Assembly: GCF_036588685.1 (NCBI RefSeq)
Contig: NC_086381.1
Span: 64,976,001-65,040,000 of the forward strand
DNA length: 64,000 nt
Direction of reading: 5' to 3'
Source of the DNA: Mytilus trossulus
Lineage: Eukaryota
How positions within the stretch are numbered: position 1 is the first letter of the stretch; every line of letters starts with the position of its first letter. A program made the position numbers and the translations under genes. This document shows positions 14,556 through 27,641 of this stretch, piece by piece. The notes beneath the pieces were generated by a model, which was not told the origin of the DNA, did not search any database, and was given only the letters and a program-made list of their open reading frames with translations.

Positions 14556-15270
14556 TATGGCAAGCCGTTTTTCTATTTATTCTTACTTCAAGATATTTCA
14601 TAAACTTTATAATATATCTTATATAGTTTATAAGATAATAGTTTATGAGATATCTCATCTAATTTATCAAATATCTTAAATAATTGTCTTTATAAGATAG
14701 CTCATATACTTTATAAGATATCTTATAAACTTTAGAAGATATCTTATAAAGTTTATAAGATATCATATAAACTTTATGAGATATCTTATATAACATTAAG
14801 TATATCTTATATAACATGAACGATATCTCATACAACATTAAAGATATCTTATATGATATATGAGATATCTTATAAAAATGAAATTATATAAGATATCTTA
14901 TATATTATAGGAGATATCTTATATTATATAAGATATCTTATAAAAATGAAATTATATAAGATATCTTATATATTAAAGGAGATATCTGATATTATATAAG
15001 ATATCTTATATATTATAGGAGATATCTTGAAATTCGAAAAAAAGAATCTCGAATGGTCAACAATAATACATCGCTCAAGGTATATAATTATCTTTTAACA
15101 TAACAACTAATTTCAACAGTAAAAACAAATAACAAAGCATTATCAAATTTGAAACAGAAGTGTACGAGTTGTCCTACGCTTCAGGCTTGACATTCACTAA
15201 ACATGCATGCTGAAATTAACATGGTTGATTTTGTAACACAATCGAATAGATAGTAAAACGGCTTGCCATA
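14556..15270. mobile_element. foldback/MITE element with internal AGATATCTTATA tandem array
   Basis: TATGGCAAGCCGTTTT ... AAAACGGCTTGCCATA inverted termini; ~21-bp internal repeats at 14590-15030. Confidence 0.85.
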
Positions 15271-15879
15271 TATGTCCCATGTAAATCAAGTAAAAGGAAT
15301 CGAACCATATCTAATTATAAGCTTAACTTGAAATCTGTTCCCTTTATGTAAATTCAAACACTTCTTTTTTCTTTCTTTTTTTTCATTGTCTTTACGTGTT
15401 TACTTTCCGGTACTAAAATTGAAGAGTAGATTCTTTTTGGTTGGTTTTTGTACCGTATTTCTAGTTGTTGCTATGTACAGGGTCAGAGTGAGTTGTTGAC
15501 ATGTTCTATCGCATTTTTTCATACGTCGTGTTTCAAGTCAAATTCTGGTAATTCAAGTAGTGATGTCACATCGTCCACGTTTATTAGGAACAAAAATTCT
15601 ATACCATTTATTCCGTTAGGAACATATATACTGTAATATTTATTCCACTGGACATAATATTCAGGAATATCTTTTCCATTTGGAACTTATATTATGAAGG
15701 AACTTCTATTTCGTGACATCATTCGATGAAAAGAAGTTGGTATCATTGGTATTGCAGCTGCGATAAAGAACAGAAAATCGTGATCACCTATGACACAAGT
15801 TTTCCATATCAGTAAACTAAACAATGACGGCGATCTCAGACATTTGGAAGAGCCGATTTAAACTTAACCGTTGTGAGAC

Positions 15880-16090
15880 ATTGGTTCTGAAGCTATCTTG
15901 AAAGGATTAATCTTTTATTAAGCGAATCCTGATCGGATACGGAGGTCTTGAGTATCATATCAACTGGGCGATACATGCTACACATGCAGACCCTGCTGGA
16001 TTTTTTTTATCATAAACATCTGTAAGCAATTACTTGACGTCTAAAAGTTTTGTTCTCTACCGATCCTCATTGTCAATTTCTAGATTAACT
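15880..16090 (-). mobile_element. Penelope-like retroelement RT C-terminal remnant
   Basis: Minus-strand translation PAGSACVACIAQLI*YSRP resembles the PAYGVYISQLIRYSRAC motif; a matching degenerate motif lies at ~53270. Confidence 0.5.
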
Positions 16091-16300
16091 GTGATTTCAT
16101 TATCATTCGTTGGATACCACATTTTGTGGATTTCGAGTCTAAATGTTTAACGACCAACAAATTGTGTACAGGATTAAATGCAGACTCTAGTAAAAGCATG
16201 AATTCAAATATTCACAAATTATTTTTTTTCTTAATCCACAGTACATATGAAGAAGACTTGACAATCCTATAAATAAGTTAATTTTAAACTATTATATATA

Positions 16301-17001
16301 CAATAACTGTTTAGTGTCTTTAAATATCAGCTGTATTTAAACGAGACTAGGAAACAAGGTGTATGCGAGCTTTTAGCGAGCTAATACACCTGTTTCGAGT
16401 AGAGTACAAATACAGCTGATATTTAAAGACACTAAACAGTTATTGACTTTATCCTGCAATTAATTCCGTATATTGTTTTTGTTTTGAAAGACACAAAAAC
16501 TAACATATGTAGCATTTATTTTCGATTTGTAACCCCTTAGAGGCCCGCCTAGTAATACCAAAATCACACATTACGGTGAAGACGGGTTCGCAAAAAAGAA
16601 TCTCGAATGGTCAATAATAATACATCTCTCAAGGTATATAATTATCTTTTTTAACATAACAACTAATTTCAACAGTAAAAACAAATAAAAAAGCATTATC
16701 TTTGAAACAGAAGTGTACGAATTGTCCTCCGCTTCAGACTTGACATTCATTAAACATGCATGCTGAAATTGACATGGTTGCTTTTGTAACACAATCATAC
16801 ACATTCAAGTTTTGAAATCGACAATTGTTAACGTCACTGGAATGCAACTCGAGTACACATTCTGAGGTCATACATGTTCAAACAATACTCAGTCCGGCAG
16901 TGGGCGGAGCTTTAAAGCGATATATGTATAGTATACAGATACAGCATAGCGATATCTGTAGGGCTGTGTCTGTATAGTAGGACACCCAAATGCAGGATAA
17001 T
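16301..17001. mobile_element. non-autonomous element with a long terminal hairpin (Crypton-like architecture)
   Basis: Perfect 38-bp inverted arms 16301-16338/16408-16445 surround a degenerate inner stem. A short IR TTATCCTGCA (~16449) / TGCAGGATAA (~16991) closes the other end. Confidence 0.55.
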
Positions 17002-17944
17002 ATAAATTATTAATCAACTGTAAAATATATTTCTATCTGGTATCATGAGAACAGTTGATCTTTTTCTTTGGTAGCAAACAGCACATGACACCTCTTTTTG
17101 GCGCATGTCACTTTTCATTCCTGATGGTTTGTTTGATGATTCAATCTCATATTCGGCACCAAATAACTGGTCATTACCACAGATCTGCGATTGACTGTCC
17201 GTTATCTGGATCATTTGGTAAACAAAGATAGTTGACACCTCCTCCTTTTTTGTATACTGGTTGCCACCAGCTTGTCCTGGGATACAGCAATATATGTTGA
17301 TGTAATTTGTTGTATTGACGTGTAGTGTTTTTTGTTTTGTTTTTTGGCGTTAAAAAAACCCGTTAAAATAAAATAAAGCTATACAGACGCTAAATGAGAA
17401 ATATTTCTGAAATGAACAACAAAGGGTAGTTTTAAACTTTTTTTTTTTTTTCGAATACTTATCAATACTTTCATGACCAATAATTATTGTATCTGTCATT
17501 TTCAGCTGAATTAGAGAAATGAAAAGTTGCGATCAGTTCTAACCTTTCTTAATCTCCCCCCCCCCCCCGGAACTTACAGGAGAAGTGATTAGAACCGCCT
17601 TTAATACAGATCCAATATAAACTTTAAAATAGTTTTAATTATTGTATGGAGCTTCGAGGTATTTGTAAACTTTTAAATGTAAAGACAACCTCTCAAAAAA
17701 TATTCGATTATGGTCGGGTGTAAATACAATTGTATCTTTTTGTACATAAGCGTACTATATAGCATCATAAAGCTTGAAATAATTGACGTTGTAACCCCAG
17801 CGCAAACAGAATTTGTGATTTATTTTATGTTCAACACAATTTTCTCTTCCAATTTTCATAAACACAACTTATTTGTACAGCTCCATATGAATGATTGCTC
17901 TACAAAATTGCTTTCCAAACCTCTACTCTGACTTTTGTAGATAT

Positions 17945-18338
17945 CTATTCTGACATCGGACTTGGACTTAAACTGAGTTTTACTGTGCGTATTGCTGTGT
18001 GTTTGTTTTCTCTACATTGGCTAGAGGTATAAGGATGTGTGTTGAGATCTCACTTAACATGTTTAACCCCGCCGCATTTTTGCGACTGTCCCAAGTCAGG
18101 AACTTCTGGTCATCGTTAGTATTGTATGATTTTTAAATTTAGTTTATTAATATGTTTTGGAGTTTAGTATGTTATCCATTGTCACTGAACTTGTACACAT
18201 TTTTTGTTTAGGGGCCACCTGAAGCCCGCCTCCGCGTGCGGGGTTTTCTCGCTGTGTTGAAGACGTATTGGTGGCCTTCGGCTGTTTTCTGCTCTTTGGT
18301 CGATCTGTTCTCTTTGACACATTCCCCATTTCCAGTCT
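17945..18338 (-). repeat. dispersed repeat family B copy
   Basis: Reverse-complement match to 62655-62985. Confidence 0.8.
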
Positions 18339-18618
18339 CAAAACACATTTTTTTCTCGAAAATTGTACTGTATTGAAAAATAATTCCGAAATCCAGGTTG
18401 TCTTTTTTTAATTTAATCACAAGTTTGTTGTGTTTGATTTGACAAAAAATAGCAACACAGACGGACAGATGATCAAATTGTATTCGATGAGGAGCACTAA
18501 TTAAATAGTTTATCAGTAGTCAAACCAATCCGAAATTATAGACTGTAACATTTTATATATGATTTAAAATAAGTATAACATTTTTCTTTGCTTTATTTGC
18601 TTTATTGAACAACAATGT

Positions 18619-21600
18619 CTATTTTGTACAAATAACGCAGTGAACAGCTACTGCATTTGTGTAAGGTGGACATCTCAAACTACCACATTTGGTGTTGATT
18701 GGATAAAATAAAGCTCCATTTTCATCTCTAGTGTTATTGTCGACAGGCTCGGCATCTTTGTCAACACATACAAAGTCCTTGTTGCTGTGAGTCTTATAAT
18801 CTGACATGATATAACCGGTGTACTCATTTGTCCAGCCCTTGTAGCAGGTTTTTCTCCCTAAAATGACAAAATTGTTTTTGATTCAATCACGTTCCTCTTC
18901 TATACCAAAATGGATTATTGAATATTTTTGCTACGGAGTTTACTTACATGTGCATCACTTTGGTATCATAAGAATAGTTGATCTTTTTCTTTGGTAGCAA
19001 ACAGCACATGGCACCTCTTTTTGGCGCATATCACTTTTCATTCCTGATGGTTTGTTTGATGATTCAATCTCATATTCGGCACCAAATAACTGGTCATTAC
19101 CATCTGCTATTGGCTGTCCGTTTTCTGGATCATTTGGTAAACATAGATAGTTGACACCTCCTCCTTTGTTTTGATAATGGTTACCACCAGCTTGTCCTGG
19201 AATACAAAAATATATGTTGATTTACTTTGTTGTATTGATGTGTAGAATTTTTGTTTTGTTTTTGGCGTTCAAAATAACGTTTAAATAAAATAAAGCTATA
19301 CAGACGCTAAATGAGAAATATTTCTGAAATGTACAACAAAGGGTAGTTGTAAACTTTCGTTTTTTTCGAACACTTATTAATACTTTCATGACCAATAATT
19401 ATTGTATCTGTCATTTTCAGCTGAATTAGAGAAATGAAAAGTTGCGATCAGTTCTAACCTATCTTAATCTCCCCCGGAACTTACAGGAGAAGTAAACTGT
19501 GTTTAGAACCGCCTTTAATACAGTTCCCATATAAACTTTAAAATAGTTTCTAACAGACAAAAAGTTAACACGAAAAAAGTTATCAATTTCTAAATGTGAC
19601 CCACGGTCGAAATCACGAAAATCACTGATTTTGATCTAACATGGTTCATCATAGTTACAACGAATGATTCATTTGTCTTTAATCCCTAAAGATTTTACAT
19701 ATTTAAGGTTCAAGTATTTACAGACAGTCTTGTGACGGCTCAACTTTAAATTTATATGAAAAAGAAATAGTGTATAAAAAACAAATGTAACGTATTGTTG
19801 ATATAGCTGTTCATTACAAAACGCAACTTCTAAATAGAATATTCTAGGAAGCAATGTAGGTAATGAATGCACTAATGATTGTTTCGAAATTGGGCATAGC
19901 CAGTGAAAACTCTTCAAATGACATGACAAAAAATACTCTTACAAAAGGAAACTACAACCTCATTTTCAGATATAGACATTTTTTATTACCTGTATATACC
20001 ATTTCTACTCCTTTTGGACATCCTTTCTTTCCCCAGCGTACATATGTCACACCTAGAACAATAACACAACGTTTTTTATTTCGTATTTAGAATTTGAAAA
20101 ATAAATAAATAAACAGTTCAAATCATACGTCCGTAGGTGGCCTATTGGAAGACTATCATTCTCCACACATTAAAAATGCTCTAATAACAGTTACCGGACA
20201 TATTTTCTATTTAATGTACTAGTATTTTAACAGAGTCTCTATAAATTTGTTCCCACCTTAGAAAGAACTGCAATTTATGCAACTGTACGATAAACAAACA
20301 GCAATCAATCAATCAAACAATTAATATGAATATCAAATTATATAGTGATAAAATCGATTATTTAAAATTTGAAATGATTAACAAGCAGTATAACTGTATC
20401 AAAAGCATGAGAACAATTCTGTACGACAAATAGTTTTCAAATTTCCAACTTCCTATTTCTCAGGAAGCCTATCCTTTATCAAATAGTTTGCGTTTTTAAT
20501 CTCAATTGATACGTTATCACTTTGTACGTTATACACGTACTAGACTGGTTCCCGATCGCAATATTAAGTATGTTACACCCTCGTGAGAGAGTATGTTAAT
20601 AGCTAATAGCTGGAACGTAGTCCCCGGGACCAGGATATACACGTACGAACTTCCTTAACAAGATTTCTAACACAAAAAAGTCCTTCACCACGATTTGTGG
20701 AAGAACAACTGAAATCGACATTACACAAGTGTCACGTTCACCATCACAATCAATTTGAGCAATACACAATGTCTGTATCTCACTTCGATCTTTAAAAACC
20801 AGAATAGTTTTAAATTTCCCCATGTCGTATCTTAATTTTTATATTAAAATGGATATAAGAGTTTTGAGGATTGTAATGCTACAGTTGCCTCTTGCCTAAA
20901 ATTTTAATCTTTTATTTTTTAAATTGATATATTTCCCATTTTTCTTTTCTCTTTCTATGTTTCCAAAAAAAATTGTCTCGAATTTGGTACATGAAGAGTG
21001 CCATACATTAACAAACACATTTAAAAAAAATTAAGTGGAAGAGCATACTAATGACTTTTCCATGATATTCATAGTTTTGACCATGTCTGGTGAATTTTAA
21101 ACACTGTAAAGAAAAGATGATACTTTCATGATTTAAGATTATGCAGCTTCCTCATCGTTGAGCTTGATTGAATCTTTTGCTCTGCTGTTCATAGTAGTAT
21201 TTATATTTTGTGTGTACACTTTCTTGCATGTTTAAAATAATGTTTGTCTTCTCGAAAAAAATTATTTTGGCCGTGGTATTTTCCTTATTTTTTAGTTTTG
21301 ATCACTTTCTAAGTATTCTCTTACTTGTTATATTAATATGTACTGCTTCACAATTTCCGAAACATAAGATAAAAAGAAACACATACTTTTGATACTGTTG
21401 AGTTAATGAGACACTTTTTAAAGGTTTAAGAAGTTTAAAGTACATACCTGAGGCGACTGGTTTTCCTGTTGAAAGGCCTTCCCCATTTCTAGAGGTATGG
21501 AGGTAATGTTTCATCAGAAAAGACTGCTCAGATGCCGATAGGTCATAATGTTTACAATCATGACATTGGACAAGCACCATGCTTGTTGCTATAAGAACTG

Positions 21601-21619
21601 CCAAATTTGACAAGTTCAT
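18619..21619 (-). CDS. secreted protein with short-chain collagen C4-like C-terminal domain (no collagen repeats); last donor site disrupted, possibly a recent pseudogene
   Basis: Exons 21619-21448 (signal peptide MNLSNLAVLIATSMVLVQC), 20052-19990 (GVTYVRWGKKGCP), 19196-~18960 (GGGVNYLCLPNDP...LFGAEYE...VPCAVC...LMIP) and 18857-18619 (TCYKGWTNEYTGYIM...FVCVD...NGALFY...CGSLRCPPY...CVICTK). These are the hallmark motifs of the domain. AATAAA lies 13-27 nt past the stop. Confidence 0.85.
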
Positions 21620-23616
21620 GGTTCTTTTTCTACAACAAAAAAACTAATGGCTCTAAAGAGCCTGTGTCGCTCACCTTGGTCTATGTGCATAGCTGTATTT
21701 GGAAAACAAACCTTTTATTAGGTCCGTAATCACAATTTCTCTTTTATTTGACCATATAATGTTATTTTTTCGGGTGTGACGCAAGTCCTGATAGATATAG
21801 GAAGATGTGGTATGAGTGCTCATGAGACAACTCTCCATCCAAGTCACAATTATAAAAGTTAACCATTATAGGTCAAGGTACGGTCTTCAACACTGTTTTC
21901 AAGTCTTGGTATGTAATTGGCGAATTAATCTTATACATAATTCTTCAAGAAAATAAAAGCCAGACATTTTTAAACATATTCAGATAGTCATAAAAAGTAA
22001 AAAAAAAAAAGGAAATAATCTTAGAAAACATAAGTATTACATTTAGATATTTTTAATTGAAAAAAATCCAGATCTTTCTGTTTTAAAGAACCGTTAATAT
22101 AATCTCTTATTTTTATTTGGGAAATAAAATGTCTTATTTTTTTGAAATAAAAAGAATGTCATAAAAATCTTTCATGTTTATGGAGTAACCATTAAAATGT
22201 TAATACAATCAAAGAATTTAATAAAAATTGAGCATTGCTATTATTTGTATTGTTTCAAATACTTGCCATTGTGGAACCGGTGTTGCGGATGATGTCAAAA
22301 CAGCGGGTATTTATCCCACTGATGGAACCAAATAAATGTTCCAGCACAAAAGCAAATAAAAACACAAGTGCTATACTTGTTGTACTAGTTAAAGTACAAA
22401 AAAAAAATATATAGAATTCTGTTTTAACACGTACAAATATTAAAACACATATTCTATGAAGACACGAGTTGTTTTCGGTAGAACTTCAGGACTGTGGATT
22501 CAAAGTTGCTCGATTCCAAATTAGAATCAGTGTGATTATTACACTATATCATATACATGTAGCAGCTCATTCTTAAAGGAATGTAATCAAATTAATATAT
22601 TACATAGAATGTTCATTTATGTGCATCAAATAACCTTCATGTATGGTCTTTGTTCATAAAATATAAACTTCATTGCTCTAACTCATATACGTATGTACTT
22701 TTGAACCTTTTACAATTTAAAATTCGTTGATTGACAGTTTTAAGCAAAACTTCAAATGGCAACTATTAAAAGAATTTTATGTATAAAGGAATCAAACATC
22801 ATATTAGATATTAAGTAGATAATGCAATACAGGTCGCTTAGAATGATGGACGGGGAATGTTGTGTATGTGCAGGAAATTGACCCTCTTGTTACGAACATT
22901 TAAAAGAGTTGTTGCATTAGTTCTTTGACGTGAAAAGAGCGTGACATTCTCTCAACAACGGGTACATTTGGTAGCGCCTCATTTCAAACCCGGCATAAAA
23001 GCATACCAGTACATCGTGCAGTACCATCAGAAAAGTCTGAACTACTTATTCTTAAACCCAAGTAATCCTTTTTATCTTTTATGTTATATCGTAATATAAT
23101 TTCGAGTTTAGAAAAGAAAAAAAAAAACACCAAAAAAACCAACGTTTATTTGAAAATGCATTAACTTATTAGATAGAGAGGTTAACACCAATCAGTTTAA
23201 TAATATGTCAGTGTTTTGCTAATCAATAAATTAGGTGGTATAAAAGGGAAAGCTTTTACGTTGCACATTGTATAGAAATATAAATATGAAAGTTCATGTC
23301 TGTTTAAAAAAGAGACCGAACAAAATCGATCAATACCACAAAAGATCTTCTGAAAATAAATATTCCCAAGACACGTATTAGCTTGCAAACAATTTTAGTC
23401 GTAATATTTAAAAAAAACCAAGCCTAAAGTTGTGGTACTTTATACAAACGGAAAAATCATATATTCAATGGCTATAAGAAATACAAAAAATAACGTGAAG
23501 TTAATTCTAATCGTTAAAATAAATCAAAGAAGGAAAACATAGTAAAAATTTATGTAAGACATAACAGTTTTGTTTCGTTCTAAAAAAATCAATAAAGATC
23601 TAGACTTATATGTTAC

Positions 23617-23679
23617 CTTCTTGTGTTGTCACAATTACGAATCACTGTGAACTCAGTGTATATAGTTATGTCATTTATA
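23617..23679 (-). promoter_or_regulatory. probable TATA promoter and non-coding first exon of the C4-like gene
   Basis: TATAAA (23679-23674), Inr-like TGAGTT/CACAGT ~25-30 nt downstream, then donor AAG|GTAACA at 23617. The ATG exon has an acceptor at 21630-21631, so an upstream UTR exon is required. Confidence 0.55.
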
Positions 23680-26600
23680 GTCCCGGAATACTTATACATC
23701 TGTTGTTAAAAGTAAATGAGATAATTGCATGTATAGAGTATTGATTTAGTATATGCTTACATGTATATGTACATGTATTCTAAAGGTTTAAAACGAAATG
23801 AGTTTTACTTTTTCTTATCTCGGTCCATGTTCATATAGAACAGCAGCAATACTGAAAAGTTCGTTTATTCACAACTGAAAGTATAAGGTGATAAATGACA
23901 AGGTGTCCTTTAATATCTGTTACTTTAAGGGTTTAACTATAAACAGTTGGTACCATTTAAATCATTGATGGAACTTGTTTTGTTCTAAAAGCACAACACA
24001 CTTAAAACTTAAAGCTATGTGGGAACTCTATTACTGTAGAAATGTAGGAGCATACAATATTGCATGGAGATACATTCTACTGTAGATAAACACCACTTGA
24101 ATAAAACTCCATAATGCATATTAGTCAATATTATGTTTGTGTTGAAGAGTGTGCCTTATATCTCCTTCCATTTATTGACTACCTTTACTATTTTTAATGG
24201 CATTAATGAAAAAAAGCAAAAGACAGTTTATTTGTTAGTGATACATCAAATTTGTACCGAAGTTTTGTAATTGAATGCATTTACTTTTTATGGCACACAT
24301 GAAAAAAGCAAAGACAATTTGTTTAACAGTGGTATATCCACATTTGTACCAAAGTTTTGAAACTATTTTACGAATTTGTAATACATTTGTTGTATACTCA
24401 TATTCACTCACAACGCATTTGAATTTCAATCATTTTCATCAGCATTATATATGTAGAAACATTTTAAGTCCGTTTCACATCTTTTGTCTATACTCACATG
24501 CCCTTCACACAGATTTCAGACAAAACCATGGAAATAAAAATTATATCATATCTGTATTTTCAATGTTATTTTAACTGATCGGGCGGAGCTTATGTTTTAA
24601 TTTGCATGTGGACAGTCTATTTGAAGATGTGTGTGAAAAGGATGATTGCCGTTATAATTAATACTGATTTCTAATCCCCAATCAGTGTCATCAATGGATT
24701 TAGATTTAGACCCCGCCTACATTAAATGATCTTTTATGTAACGATCAATTATCCGGTAATGAATTATTTTCTCAAAGACATATTCGAGTATTCTTCATGT
24801 TGTTTAAACTACAGTATATATGTTTATAAGTCAGATATGTACCCAAGAATAACACACTGGGTAATTCATTATTCAAATTTCTGGTATATTTTTTTTAATT
24901 TTGTAATAAACGGTTCATTGTATTACATCATATTGTATTCATCCATTATTCATCTACAAAGAAGATGGTACAAATAGCTACCAATTTGAAATTGACTTTA
25001 ACATCAAAACATATTTTAAATTGTTTCTAAAATAGAATCGAATGCTTAATTTTTTGTACAATTTTTAATTGAAATATCCGCTTTTCATAATTATATACAG
25101 CCATACAATAACAGTATGTTTAGTAAAATAGCAATACGACAGCTGTATATACAATTAAAGAGGAGAGAAAGATACCAGAGTGACATTCAAACTCATTAAT
25201 CGAACATAATCTGAAACGCCTTGGCTAAAAAAATACGTAATAAGCAGTACGAACCCCACCAAAAACTGGGGGCGATCTAAGGTGCTCCGGAAGGGTAAGT
25301 TGATCCTGTCCCCCATGTCACACCATTCCTGTTGGTCATGTTAGTACACACGTGGTAATGAGTCTTATTCGGTAAGTCACATTCGTGAAAAGGGAACGGA
25401 ATTGTAGTTACGACATAAGGAACATATCCGTTATCACCTGTAAAAAGGAGATAATGAAAAAAATATTTAAAGAATATTAGGAAGACGATATGACAGCAAT
25501 AGTGACAATATCTATACTTTTTTTAATCTATTTTTTTCAATATTTCAATATTTCAGTTTTCTTTTTTTATTGTTTTTTTCTATTCCAGTAACGGTGGACA
25601 TATTATTATTGATATGGATAATACAAACTATGTACAGACAAATGTCGCACCAACCGTATTAAAATACATTGAATGTCCATGGAATTCAGTATACCTGGAT
25701 CAGTGTTCAGAACGTAAATGGAGTAAAAAAGATAATAGAATAAGCTGCGGCTATCACCAACACGATTGAAGACTCAAGTGTAGGTCAACCCCTTTTCCAG
25801 GTAATCAAGGCATATTTTATTATCAATGAGTAAGGGAAAATAATAACATCATTAGTGTAGGTTTTGTTCATTATTGCAAGCAAAGCAGTGATTTAGACTA
25901 GCTTACCACCAAACTCATTTGGTCTGGATATATATAGTTGTCTCATATCAATCATTCAATTTTTCCATATTGCCTCACCTACAACGAAAATCTTTAACCA
26001 TTTTTTAAAGGCTTTATACATTTAGATACTCTACATGGATGATGATACGAATATAAATTGTATGGTGTGTTATTTACTGTTTGCAAAAGTATGACTTATT
26101 CAAAATATAAAAGATTTTCTTATCCTAGGCATATATGACCTGATCTGTATTTGACACAACATTTTGGAATTTTGTGTCCTCAATGCTTTTCAAATTTGTA
26201 CTTGTTTTTGCTTTCTAACTATTTTGATCGGAGCATCACAGACGAGTCTTATGTAGACGTATGCGTCTGGCGTATACAATTATAAGCCTGGTACCTGATA
26301 GTGTATGCAATATGACAGGTCAACTTATTTTGTCTTAAACGATCTTTTGATCTTATCGTCTTCTGAAATACTCGAAACTGTAAATGTTAAGTCTCGTTAA
26401 GATTTTTCTTATTGTTAATTAGTACTTATCAGATGTTTTGCTTGCAGACTATTCAGTACTTTTCAGTAGCTCTTCAGACAGAGCTGTTCAAATTGAAAGG
26501 ATTATTTTAAAATGGGTATGTTACGTGATTATGTCTATCATCAATATGTAATGTCCCTAATTGTCATGGTTCATTGACAAATTGAGTCATGTGCAGTGAT

Positions 26601-26989
26601 TTGTCATGTTAACATGTCATTTATAAGTAAACCATGTCGGGAATATGTGATACAGAAGATCTATATTTCCGTCAGAGAGGGTTACATGTGACTAAGCCTC
26701 ATAAAATGGAACCGTAATCAATAACAAGGTTTCGTGGTACAGTTTAAATGTTGTTAACCGTGCCCGGAAATTTAGAAATGATCCATGTAAACTTGTTGCT
26801 CCTTTAAATAAACTTATTCTTAAAGGTAACCTATTCAACACTGTGATAAGATCATTGAATATTGTTTTTATTGGTATACATATTGACTTTGTCATCAGTA
26901 GGTTAAAAGCTAACTAAATATCACTAGAATGTTATATACGTATACATTTTCATGGATCTACAATCTGTCGATACCTGTAACTTGTCATT

Positions 26990-27641
26990 GCACAAGGTCA
27001 TGTTTTTCTCTGGCTGTTAATGACGTCTTTACACTAAATCCATTGTATGTAAGATGTGTACGGATTTATTGCTTAGTCTTAGAGGCATGATTTTTTTTAT
27101 TAGTTGTTTAAATGACTTTGAACTAGCAGTCAGATAACTGCGAGTACTCTCAGATGTGTTCATTGTGTCTTTCTGTGTCGGGATGTATAAGTACCCGGCC
27201 ACGTCCACTTTTATGTTTTGTCTATCTGATGAGTTAAGCCTTTTTCAACTGATTTGTATAGTTCGTTCTTATGTTGTACTGTTATACCACTGTCCAAGGT
27301 TAGGGGGAGGGTTGGGATCCCGCAAACATGTTTAACCCCGCCACATTATTTATGTATGTGCCTGTCCAAAGTCAGGAGCCTGTACTTCAGTGGTTGTAGT
27401 TTGTTTATGTGTTACATATTTGTTTTTCGTTCATTTTTTTACATAAATAAGGCCGTTAGTTTTGTCTCTTGAATTGTTTTACATTGTCTTATCGGGGCCT
27501 TTTATAGCTGACTATATGCGGTATGGGCTGTGCTCATTGTTGAATGCTGTACGGTGACCTATAATTGTTAATGTTTGTGTCATTTTGGTTTTTGGGGATA
27601 GTTGTCTCATTAGAAATCATACCACATCTTCTTTTTTATAT
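26990..27641 (+). repeat. dispersed repeat family A (...GGCAATCATACCACATCTTC / GAAGATGTGGTATGATTGCCAATGAGACAAC)
   Basis: Longest copy. Other copies or fragments at ~8130-8200, 9322-9463, 13545-13625, 21793-21895, 28145-28240, 37203-37630, 45205-45405 and 50480-50560. Confidence 0.8.

Larger units (their letters stand above)
14195..17276 (-). pseudogene. decayed partial tandem duplicate (last two exons) of the C4-like domain gene
   Basis: 17037-17276 copies exon 18961-19196 with -1/+4 indels. 14195-~14440 copies terminal exon 18619-18857 with premature stops (TGC>TGA, TTT>TAG) and indels. Flanking intron and 3' sequence are also duplicated (~13245-17635 vs ~17640-19549). Confidence 0.85.

Noticed and set aside
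20596-20823. 75-aa ORF in an intron of the C4-like gene
   Set aside because: No domain, no splice support, and the flanking exons join in frame without it.
27222-27262. CTGATGAG as another hammerhead core
   Set aside because: No GAAA follows the putative helix II and no helix I/III pairing is evident.
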